Positions 6,719-14,318 of a stretch of DNA of 37,776 bases are shown here, piece after piece (the stretch's first letter is position 1; each line of letters opens with the position of its first letter). Made by a program: the position numbers and the translations under genes. A model generated the notes under the pieces. It had not been told where the DNA came from and did not search any database. It was given only the letters and a program-made list of their open reading frames with translations. Source of the stretch: Patescibacteria group bacterium (GTDB lineage Bacteria; Patescibacteriota; Minisyncoccia; Phycocordibacterales; DATDWN01); NCBI GenBank assembly GCA_030917185.1, contig JAUPVF010000050.1, positions 1 through 37,776 of the forward strand, given 5' to 3'.

Positions 6719-7999
6719 ATGAGACAATCACAACTTTTTACAAAAACACGCAAGGAGGCCCCAAGTGATGAGGCCCGCCCGAACGACGGTTCAGTCGGGC
6801 AGGCCTCAAAAAATGCACAATTACTCATTCGTGCAGGGTACATCCAGAAAGAAATGGCTGGAGTATACGACTATCTGCCACTTGGGCTACGAGTGTTCAA
6901 AAAAATAGAAAACATAATTCGTGAGGAAATGGATGTTATTGGTGGGCAGGAGATTTTCATGTCATCACTCCAAGAAAAGGAAACATGGGAAAAAACAAAT
7001 CGATGGGACGATAGTATGGTAGATATTTGGTTCAAAACTAAATTAAAAAATGACACGGAACTTGGTTTGGCGATTACGCATGAGGAACCAATTACTCGGA
7101 TGATTACAAAACATGTGCAGTCACACAAAGACCTGCCTTTTTCTGTCTACCAATTTCAAACAAAATTCAGAAATGAAATCCGTGCCAAAAGTGGCATTAT
7201 GCGTACTCGTGAATTTATTATGAAAGACCTGTATTCTTTTGATAAAGATCAGGAAGGATTGGATGAGTTTTATGGAAAAGCATCAGATGCATATGTACGG
7301 ATTTTTGATAGAGTTGGTTTGGGTGAAAAAACATACAAAACATTTGCTTCTGGTGGAGTTTTTTCTAAATATAGCCATGAGTTTCAGACTATTTGCGATA
7401 CGGGTGAAGATGTGATTTATGTAAATGAAAATAAAAAAATTGCAATTAATAAAGAAGTAAATACAGACGAGGTGTTATCAGACCTTGGTATTTCACGGGA
7501 TGAATTAGTGGAACGAAAAGCGATCGAAGTTGGAAACATTTTCAAACTTGGCACGCGATTTTCTGATGCGCTTGGTTTATTGTACGTTGATGAAAGCGGA
7601 GAGAAAAAACCTGTGGTCATGGGTAGTTACGGGATTGGTCCTGGTAGACTGATGGGTACAATCGTTGAATTGTATTCGGATGATAAGGGGATTGTGTGGC
7701 CCAAAGAAGTCGCACCATTTGCTGTTCATCTTGTTCGGTTGGGCGATAGTGAAGCGGTAGTAAAATTTGCAGATGATTTGTATACAGATATTCGTAAACA
7801 AGGAGTAGAGGTCCTCTATGATGATCGTCCGCTTCGAGCAGGAGAAAAATTTGCTGATTCTGATTTGATTGGTATTCCTGTGCGTTTTGTGGTGAGTGAA
7901 AAAACAGTGGCAGAAGGCAAGGTGGAGGTAAAATTCCGTACAGACAATGACTCGGAGTTGTTAACTGCTGAACAAGCGATGGACAAACTAAAAAACTAA
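6719..7999 (+). CDS. proS: prolyl-tRNA synthetase (short form, too short to carry the bacterial INS editing domain)
   Basis: MRQSQLFTKTRKEAP...NAQLLIRAGYIQKEMAGVYDYLPLG, class II aaRS motifs, anticodon-binding C-terminus. Confidence 0.9.
   Translation: MRQSQLFTKTRKEAPSDEARPNDGSVGQASKNAQLLIRAGYIQKEMAGVYDYLPLGLRVFKKIENIIREEMDVIGGQEIFMSSLQEKETWEKTNRWDDSMVDIWFKTKLKNDTELGLAITHEEPITRMITKHVQSHKDLPFSVYQFQTKFRNEIRAKSGIMRTREFIMKDLYSFDKDQEGLDEFYGKASDAYVRIFDRVGLGEKTYKTFASGGVFSKYSHEFQTICDTGEDVIYVNENKKIAINKEVNTDEVLSDLGISRDELVERKAIEVGNIFKLGTRFSDALGLLYVDESGEKKPVVMGSYGIGPGRLMGTIVELYSDDKGIVWPKEVAPFAVHLVRLGDSEAVVKFADDLYTDIRKQGVEVLYDDRPLRAGEKFADSDLIGIPVRFVVSEKTVAEGKVEVKFRTDNDSELLTAEQAMDKLKN
6770..6807 (+). repeat. 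38-bp GC-rich palindrome inserted in frame in proS (codons 18-30)
   Basis: GAGGCCCGCCCGA (6770-6782) pairs with TCGGGCAGGCCTC (6795-6807), 12 of 13 positions, loop of 12 nt. Shares GAG(G/C)CCCGCCCGAACG with the element core at 31467-31482. Confidence 0.8.
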
Positions 8000-8025
8000 A
8001 TTACCATTACATTAAAGTTAATAAC

Positions 8026-8054
8026 TTGACAAATATATAATATATGTGTATAAT
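8026..8054 (+). promoter_or_regulatory. consensus sigma70-type promoter TTGACA-17-TATAAT
   Basis: TTGACA 8026-8031, TATAAT 8049-8054. GGAGGG SD at 8104-9 before ATG 8113. Confidence 0.7.
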
Positions 8055-8112
8055 ACATATGTAAAGTTCTTAAAATTGGTGGCACCGGCCATAACGTGGT
8101 GCTGGAGGGTTT

Positions 8113-8412
8113 ATGATTCTGCGTGCTTTTTTTGAGGGTGGAGAGGTGAAGAATTTCCCTTTTCCCGAAGAGACCCCGCTTCAGGAGATATACACCTTTT
8201 TCGAGGAGAACGTTCTCGCTCAGGGGAAGATCATATCTGCGGATGTGATCAGCTCTCCAGTAGATGAGGAGGTGGCGGATTTTTGGGAGGATTGTTTTGT
8301 TCTCTCAAAAGATTCCTATTCCCCTGGTCTTGAAGATCCTGGGGAAGGGAGGGTGTACATGTGTTTCTCCCGGTGGGGGGAATACGATGGACAGATCGGT
8401 TGGTTGGTGTAG
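8113..8412 (+). CDS. hypothetical acidic 99-aa protein (orphan, G+C visibly above flanks)
   Basis: ORF with its own consensus promoter, SD and a strong terminator. No recognisable motif. Confidence 0.65.
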   Translation: MILRAFFEGGEVKNFPFPEETPLQEIYTFFEENVLAQGKIISADVISSPVDEEVADFWEDCFVLSKDSYSPGLEDPGEGRVYMCFSRWGEYDGQIGWLV

Positions 8413-8418
8413 TTTTTC

Positions 8419-8458
8419 CCGCACGGGGCGCCCAATGGCGCGCCCCGTGCGGTTTTTT
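8419..8458 (+). terminator. strong intrinsic terminator
   Basis: CCGCACGGGGCG (8419-8430) pairs perfectly with CGCCCCGTGCGG (8441-8452), followed by TTTTTT. Confidence 0.85.
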
Positions 8459-8491
8459 ATATAACCGAGGATCAATTAATACAAAACATGA

Positions 8492-8519
8492 TTGACAAAT
8501 AAATGCTAATTGTGATAAT
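8492..8519 (+). promoter_or_regulatory. promoter TTGACA-16-TGtGATAAT with no ORF behind it
   Basis: TTGACA 8492-8497, extended -10 TGtGATAAT 8511-8519. Confidence 0.6.
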
Positions 8520-8525
8520 TTATTC

Positions 8526-8668
8526 CCAATGAAGGGGAGGGAGCCTCGGAGTAGCTCAAGACGTTGGAGCGTTCCCCACACACCTCTTAATCTGATTGAG
8601 AAAATTTCCGTAAAAATGGCGATGATCTCCCTTTCACACACCCCGTCCTAAGGCGGGGTTTTCTTTTT
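8526..8668 (+). ncRNA. candidate ~140-nt small RNA or leader/attenuator upstream of the mreB2 operon
   Basis: Lies between a strong promoter (8492-8519) and hairpin CCCCGtCC/GGcGGGG (8641-8658) plus TTTTCTTTTT. G+C visibly higher than the surroundings. Only 8-aa and 11-aa mini-ORFs on the + strand. Confidence 0.35.
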
Positions 8669-8695
8669 GCTCAAAAGGGGTTTTTAGGATAGTAT
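8667..8695 (+). promoter_or_regulatory. putative mreB2 promoter TTGCTC-17-TAGTAT; the -10 ends 5 nt before ATG 8701
   Basis: TTGCTC 8667-8672, TAGTAT 8690-8695. Homologous to the proS upstream block. Confidence 0.45.
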
Positions 8696-8700
8696 GATTG

Positions 8701-9765
8701 ATGATGATAAAGAATCTTGAACAGTTCAAACGGCTTGTTTCAAATGATATTGGTATTGATCTTGGTACTGCCAACACTCTCGTTTATTTGCGTGGGAAAG
8801 GAATTGTACTTAACGAGCCATCGGTTGTAGCGGTCAATCAAAAAACAGGTCAGGTGGTGGCTGTTGGTACAGATGCAAAAATGATGCTTGGCAGAACTCC
8901 GGGGCATATAGTTGCGGTGCGACCGCTTGTTGACGGAGTGATTTCTGATTTTGAAGTGACAGAAGAAATGATTACATACCTCCTTAATAAAGCGCAAAAA
9001 GATAATAAAAAATTACTTGGTCCGCGTGTTGTTGTTGGTGTACCGTCTGGTATCACGAACGTAGAAATACGCGCAGTACGAGACGCGACAAAAAATGCAG
9101 GTGCTTCTGAAGTTCATATCGTAGAGGAACCAATGGCAACGGCAATTGGTATCCGGCTTCCCGTACTAGAACCAGTTGGTAGTATGGTGATTGATATTGG
9201 CGGGGGGACATCTGACATTGCGGTCATTTCTTTGGGGGGAGTTGTTCAGTCAAAAAATTTACGTATTGCTGGTGATAAATTGAATGCAGATATTATTTCA
9301 TATATTAGAAGTGAGTTTAAGATTTTGATTGGAGAAAAAACGGCAGAAAATATAAAAATGGCTATTGGGGCGGTACTTCCATCTGAGGTACCACTGGAAG
9401 CATCTATTAAAGGTCGGGATTTGATTTCTGGTTTACCTCGTGAAGTTGTTGTGACTGATTCTGATATTCGTGAAGCGATTTCACAATCAATTAACACATT
9501 GGTTGAATCAACAAAAGAGGTGCTTGAGATAACTCCTCCCGAAATACTTGCTGATGTGATGCAACGAGGTATTTATATTGCTGGTGGCGGGGCATTAATC
9601 AAAGGATTGGCTGAGTTAATTAGTGAATACACAAAAATCCCCGTGCATATCGCAGCAGAACCATTGACAGCCGTCTGTCGTGGCACAGGTATTATTTTAG
9701 AACATATGGACACATACCACGATGTTCTTATTTCAAACGAAGATGAGTTACCGCCTAAAAAGTAA
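8701..9765 (+). CDS. mreB: MreB, paralog 2 (first gene of the mreBCD-PBP2 operon)
   Basis: IGIDLGTANTLVYLRGKGIVLNEPSVVAV, DIGGGTSDIAVISLGG. The ORF track starts at TTG 8698; ATG 8701 is preferred. Confidence 0.9.
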   Translation: MMIKNLEQFKRLVSNDIGIDLGTANTLVYLRGKGIVLNEPSVVAVNQKTGQVVAVGTDAKMMLGRTPGHIVAVRPLVDGVISDFEVTEEMITYLLNKAQKDNKKLLGPRVVVGVPSGITNVEIRAVRDATKNAGASEVHIVEEPMATAIGIRLPVLEPVGSMVIDIGGGTSDIAVISLGGVVQSKNLRIAGDKLNADIISYIRSEFKILIGEKTAENIKMAIGAVLPSEVPLEASIKGRDLISGLPREVVVTDSDIREAISQSINTLVESTKEVLEITPPEILADVMQRGIYIAGGGALIKGLAELISEYTKIPVHIAAEPLTAVCRGTGIILEHMDTYHDVLISNEDELPPKK

Positions 9766-10537
9766 ACCAGTCTATGCATATCGCAAGACGATTATCGCTA
9801 TTATTGCGGTTGTACTTTTATTTATCGGTATTACAGCAGTGGCTCGTACGGGTGTTCGGACTGTTTCAGTTACAGTTGCTCGACCAGTGTGGCTTGTCCG
9901 TGATTTTGTAGGAAGTATCGGAACAAATATCCGAAGTTATATTGCGTTTCAGTCAACTTTGGTTAAAGAAAATAATACATTGCATACAGAAATAGAAGCA
10001 TTAAAACTAAAAGAAATTGACTACGATATTATCACAAAAGAAAATCAGGAATTAAAAAGTTTGCTCGGTCGTGACCCAAAAAACGAACGTGTGTTTGCTC
10101 GCATTTTATCTAAACCTCCCCGATCACCGTATGACACTATGGTGCTTGATGTGGGGACAGAACAAGGTGTTCAGTTGGGGGATAAGGTGTATCTGTCAGG
10201 TAATGTTATCATCGGACTGGTGACACATGTGACATCTCATACAGCGCTTGTTACTTTGTTTTCAAATGGAGATCAAAAACAAGGAGCGGTTTTGGAGCGA
10301 ACTGGTGCAACCTACGAACTAGTTGGTATGGGTGCAGAAAACATGGTGCTTGAAGTTCCAAAAGATACTGATGTTGTGTGGGGTGATGTGTTTGTCTATC
10401 CTGCTCTTACACCGTCTGTTATCGGTAGCGTACAGTATATTGATACTAATTCGCAGAGTTCGTTCAAAACCATCTACATTCGTTTTCCGGGAAATGTTTT
10501 TTCTGCAAAATGGGTTTTTGTCGAACAGTCATTGTGA
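9743..10537 (+). CDS. mreC: rod shape-determining protein MreC
   Basis: N-terminal TM helix, coiled coil (ENQELKSLLG), then ARILSKPPRSPYDTMVLDVGTEQGVQLGDKVY beta-barrel style. Start ambiguous (ATG 9722 or 9743); both overlap the mreB end. Confidence 0.8.
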   Translation: MSYRLKSKPVYAYRKTIIAIIAVVLLFIGITAVARTGVRTVSVTVARPVWLVRDFVGSIGTNIRSYIAFQSTLVKENNTLHTEIEALKLKEIDYDIITKENQELKSLLGRDPKNERVFARILSKPPRSPYDTMVLDVGTEQGVQLGDKVYLSGNVIIGLVTHVTSHTALVTLFSNGDQKQGAVLERTGATYELVGMGAENMVLEVPKDTDVVWGDVFVYPALTPSVIGSVQYIDTNSQSSFKTIYIRFPGNVFSAKWVFVEQSL

Positions 10538-10552
10538 TATAAGTTTTTGTAT

Positions 10553-10813
10553 ATGAAAACCAATCCATTTTACACACGAATTATTTTGTTTATTGTGGTG
10601 TATATTGTGGTACTTGTGATGCCGTGGTGGTTGTCTGTTGTATTGCTTGCTCTGTTCACTATTTATTTTCCTGTTTATATTGAGGTCTTATTTTTTGGTT
10701 TTATTTTTGATACACTGTATGCGAGCAAGTTTGCTTTTCCGTATGTCGGACTATTATCTAGTCTGGTGTTTCTTGTTGTCGTTTTGCTTGTACGGACTCG
10801 TATACGAACATAA
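10553..10813 (+). CDS. small polytopic membrane protein in the MreD position (MreD-like, tentative)
   Basis: 86 aa, three hydrophobic segments, sits between mreC and PBP2. Shorter than classical MreD. Confidence 0.55.
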   Translation: MKTNPFYTRIILFIVVYIVVLVMPWWLSVVLLALFTIYFPVYIEVLFFGFIFDTLYASKFAFPYVGLLSSLVFLVVVLLVRTRIRT

Positions 10814-10817
10814 CATT

Positions 10818-12521
10818 ATGTTTCATTTTGTAAAAAATTATTTTAGAAAAAAAATCAATGGCAGATATAACCCAATCGATCCCGATGAGATTTTTCTTGA
10901 CTCTAAAAATCTACCAGAATTTGATACACACCAATTTGAGGGCAGAATAGAAAAACCGATTAGTGTGAATGTGTTTAGAATGGTCGCATTATTTATGGTG
11001 TGTGTTGCGGTTATTTTTGTTGGTAAATTGTGGCATTTACAGGTCGTTGATGGGGCAACATTAAAAGCAAAAAGCGAAAACAATCGGTTGCATACTACTG
11101 TTATTTTTGCTGATCGTGGTGCAATAGTAGATCGCAATGGTAAAGAACTTGCGTGGAATACAATTAACACCGCAACCACTTCGGATTTTTCTTTACGGGT
11201 GTATGCAACTTCTACGGGGCTGTCTACTGTTATCGGGTACATTAAATATCCGTCTAAAGATTCATCGGGGGTATATTATCAGACAAAAATTGACCCAAAA
11301 GATGGTCTGGAAAAAATATACGATACGGTTTTGTCTGGTAAAAATGGTATGAAAATTGTGGAGACAGATGTAAAAGGAAAAGTTATGTCTGAAAGTGTTG
11401 TACAGCCACCACAAAATGGTAAAAATCTGGTCCTATCAATTGATGCTCGGGTACAGAAAAAATTGTACGAATCAATGCTAGATTTGGCTCGTCGGGCAGG
11501 ATTCAAAGGTGGCGCCGCTGTTATTATGGATGTACATACGGGCGAAATAATCGCTAATGCTAATTTTCCTGAATACGATTCTCAAACAATGACGAGTGGC
11601 GATAGTACAAGCAAAATCAACGGGTGGTTACAAGATAAAAATAATCCATTTTTGAACCGTACGATTAATGGTTTGTATACTCCTGGGTCTATTATAAAAC
11701 CATTCGTTGCTATGGGCGTGTTGGAGCAGGGGGTTATTGATCCAAAAAAACAGATATTGAGTACCGGTTCTATTTCTATTCCAAATCCATATGATAAAAC
11801 AAAAACATCTACATTTAACGACTGGAAGGCACATGGATATGTTGATTTGCGTCGTGCATTAGCGGTATCGTCAAACGTCTATTTTTATGAGGTAGGGGGT
11901 GGGTATCAGGACCAGAAAGGAATTGGCATCACTAATATAGAAAAATATGTCCGCATGTTTGGGTTTGGCACAACCACCGGAGCAATTTTCCCCGGTGAGA
12001 AAAAAGGTATTATTCCAGATCCAGAATGGAAGAAACAAACATTTGATGGGGAAGCGTGGCGTGTTGGCGATACGTATAACTCAGTCATTGGTCAATATGG
12101 GTTTCAGGTTACTCCGATACAGGTTATCCGTGCGGTAGGGGCTTTAGCAAATGAAGGAACATTATTAACGCCACTGTATATAAAAGACGAAAAACCAAAA
12201 ATCTCCGGTACCATATCGATGGATAAAAAATACTATACGATAGTCAAAGAAGGTATGAGACTTGGTGTGACCGATGGTACATCGGTATCAATCAATGTTC
12301 CGTATGTGGAAGTTGCCTCAAAAACAGGTACTGCTCAGATTGGAGTTAATAAAGATCAGGTAAACTCGTGGGTTATTGGTTTTTGGCCATACAAAAATCC
12401 TCATTATGCGTACGTTGTTGTTATGGAAAAAGCATCAAAAGTCAATCAGTTTGGGGCGGTGGGTGTTATGCGGGGTGTATTTGATTGGATGTCAATATAT
12501 GCTCCAGAATATCTAAAGTAA
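10818..12521 (+). CDS. mrdA: penicillin-binding protein 2 (elongasome transpeptidase)
   Basis: ORF 10638..12521 trimmed to MFHFVKNYF (ATG 4 nt after the upstream stop). Motifs: SIIKP (SxxK), SSNVYF (SxN), KTGTAQ (KTG). Confidence 0.85.
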   Translation: MFHFVKNYFRKKINGRYNPIDPDEIFLDSKNLPEFDTHQFEGRIEKPISVNVFRMVALFMVCVAVIFVGKLWHLQVVDGATLKAKSENNRLHTTVIFADRGAIVDRNGKELAWNTINTATTSDFSLRVYATSTGLSTVIGYIKYPSKDSSGVYYQTKIDPKDGLEKIYDTVLSGKNGMKIVETDVKGKVMSESVVQPPQNGKNLVLSIDARVQKKLYESMLDLARRAGFKGGAAVIMDVHTGEIIANANFPEYDSQTMTSGDSTSKINGWLQDKNNPFLNRTINGLYTPGSIIKPFVAMGVLEQGVIDPKKQILSTGSISIPNPYDKTKTSTFNDWKAHGYVDLRRALAVSSNVYFYEVGGGYQDQKGIGITNIEKYVRMFGFGTTTGAIFPGEKKGIIPDPEWKKQTFDGEAWRVGDTYNSVIGQYGFQVTPIQVIRAVGALANEGTLLTPLYIKDEKPKISGTISMDKKYYTIVKEGMRLGVTDGTSVSINVPYVEVASKTGTAQIGVNKDQVNSWVIGFWPYKNPHYAYVVVMEKASKVNQFGAVGVMRGVFDWMSIYAPEYLK

Positions 12522-12592
12522 AACGATATTTTTGCTAAAATCGCCAAAATCTGATAGTATATCGGTAATTATTTTTATTTTACATTCACACA

Positions 12593-13054
12593 ATGAACGA
12601 AAAAGAATATCTCACTCAAGAAAAATTTGATGAATTTACACAGGAATTAATTGACCTAAAGGGTAAACGACGCAAGGAGGTAGCAGAAAATTTGGAATAT
12701 GCGAAATCTCTCGGTGATTTGTCGGAAAATGCTGAATATCACGAAGCTCGTGATATGCAAGCAACCATTGAAGACCGTATTATAAAACTAGAATCCTTGC
12801 TTAAAAATGCTGTGATTGTTTCTAGCCAGCACGCAACTGGTGCTGTCAATGTGGGTTCAGTAGTTACTGTCAAAAAAGATGGCAAAGAGTTTGTCTATAC
12901 TATTGTAGGTTCAGAAGAGGCAGATGTGACATCAAATAAAATATCTATTCGTTCACCGTTTGGTCAGGCGATATTGGGTAAAAAGAAAGGCGAACATTTT
13001 ATGTATAGCGCTCCCAATGGAGAACTTTCTTACACGGTTGTGGATGTGAAATAA
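12593..13054 (+). CDS. greA: transcription elongation factor GreA
   Basis: 153 aa. AKSLGDLSENAEYHEARDMQ coiled-coil finger and a C-terminal FKBP-like domain. Confidence 0.92.
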   Translation: MNEKEYLTQEKFDEFTQELIDLKGKRRKEVAENLEYAKSLGDLSENAEYHEARDMQATIEDRIIKLESLLKNAVIVSSQHATGAVNVGSVVTVKKDGKEFVYTIVGSEEADVTSNKISIRSPFGQAILGKKKGEHFMYSAPNGELSYTVVDVK

Positions 13055-13080
13055 TATCTCTCTATGGTATAATTGAGTGT

Positions 13081-14277
13081 ATGAAAATCATACACAAATA
13101 TCTTATCGCAGTTGTTTTTGTATTGTGTTTATTAATACCTATATTTACACGTGCAGCAACTGTAGATGAATTGCAGGCAGTTATTAATTCATTGCTTGCT
13201 CAGATACAGAGTCTACAAGTCCAGCTTGCACAAGTTAAAAATGCGACAACAGGAGCAACATCAGGCATTTCTCGACCTGGTTGTTATGTATTTAGTACCA
13301 ATTTCGGTTATGGTAGTTCTGGTCAAAAAGTTGCCGATTTACAGGCGGTACTTGAGAAAGAAGGCTTTACAATAAACAATCAAGAAAAAGACAAAGACGT
13401 CTTTTTGGCATCAACACAGTCTGCTGTTTCTAAATTTCAAGAAAAATATCGTGATGATATTTTGGTACCAACAGGACTTGAGCGACCAAATGGTTTTATT
13501 GGGCGTGTTAGTCGTCTGAAATTGAATGAAATATACGGTTGTGATCAGTCTACAAGTACACCTGTTCAGGTCTCACCAACTAATCCAGTAACAGTTGTTC
13601 CTCCAGTTAATCCCGTGAATCCAATAATGCCTGTGGCATGTACGATGGAGGCAAAACTGTGTCCTGATGGTAAAACATATGTTGGACGAACTGGTCCTCG
13701 ATGTGAATTTTCTGCATGTCCAACAACGACTCCAAAATGTGATACAGGTTTGTTGTATATGCCATCATGTAATGGTGTTCCAGTACAGAATCCAAACACG
13801 TGTGAAATAACATGTTCAAATTCTACAAACCCTCCATTGCCTGCAACAACGACGCCACCGTTTAGTTCAAATCCTACGAATCCTCAATTACCTACAACAA
13901 CACCGCCGTTTAGTGCAAACCCAGTACCTCTTGCATGTACAAACGTAATGAAATTGTGTCCAGATGGCAAAACATTTGTTGGGGCAACCGGTCCACAGTG
14001 TTCATTTGCACCATGTCCAGCTCCGACAACAAAATTCTTTATGGTTTGTGATTACGCTGCACCTCCAGCAGGATGTTCATATGTAGCAGGTCCAAGTTTT
14101 GATCCAGCAAGTCAGTGTGGAATGGTATTATCATGTAGCAGTACAGCGGGCAGTAAAACTAAAGAAATGTGTCCAAAATACATGTGTGCTGCTCCTCCCG
14201 CTGGTTTTCATTACGCGCCAGACCCAAGCAACGTCTGCAGTTGCGGGATTTTGTCTCCAGGAAACGAACTCCAATAG
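13081..14277 (+). CDS. secreted peptidoglycan-binding-domain protein with duplicated four-Cys CPDG modules
   Basis: Signal-like MKIIHKYLIAVVFVLCLLIPIFTRAA. PG-binding-like GSSGQKVADLQAVLEKEGF...SAVSKFQEKY. Two copies of ACTxxxKLCPDGKT(Y/F)VGxTGPxCxFxxCP. Pro/Thr tandem TTTPPFS(S/A)NP. Confidence 0.8.
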   Translation: MKIIHKYLIAVVFVLCLLIPIFTRAATVDELQAVINSLLAQIQSLQVQLAQVKNATTGATSGISRPGCYVFSTNFGYGSSGQKVADLQAVLEKEGFTINNQEKDKDVFLASTQSAVSKFQEKYRDDILVPTGLERPNGFIGRVSRLKLNEIYGCDQSTSTPVQVSPTNPVTVVPPVNPVNPIMPVACTMEAKLCPDGKTYVGRTGPRCEFSACPTTTPKCDTGLLYMPSCNGVPVQNPNTCEITCSNSTNPPLPATTTPPFSSNPTNPQLPTTTPPFSANPVPLACTNVMKLCPDGKTFVGATGPQCSFAPCPAPTTKFFMVCDYAAPPAGCSYVAGPSFDPASQCGMVLSCSSTAGSKTKEMCPKYMCAAPPAGFHYAPDPSNVCSCGILSPGNELQ

Positions 14278-14318
14278 AGTTGGGCATAGGATATATAACA
14301 TGATATAGTAATCCCATT

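Noticed and set aside
8249-8641. 130-aa minus-strand ORF spanning the 8113 gene end, its terminator and the 8492 promoter.
   Set aside because: It crosses a 12-bp perfect terminator hairpin and a consensus promoter of the other strand. It is Arg/Pro/Gly-rich from reading GC-rich hairpins and has no SD.
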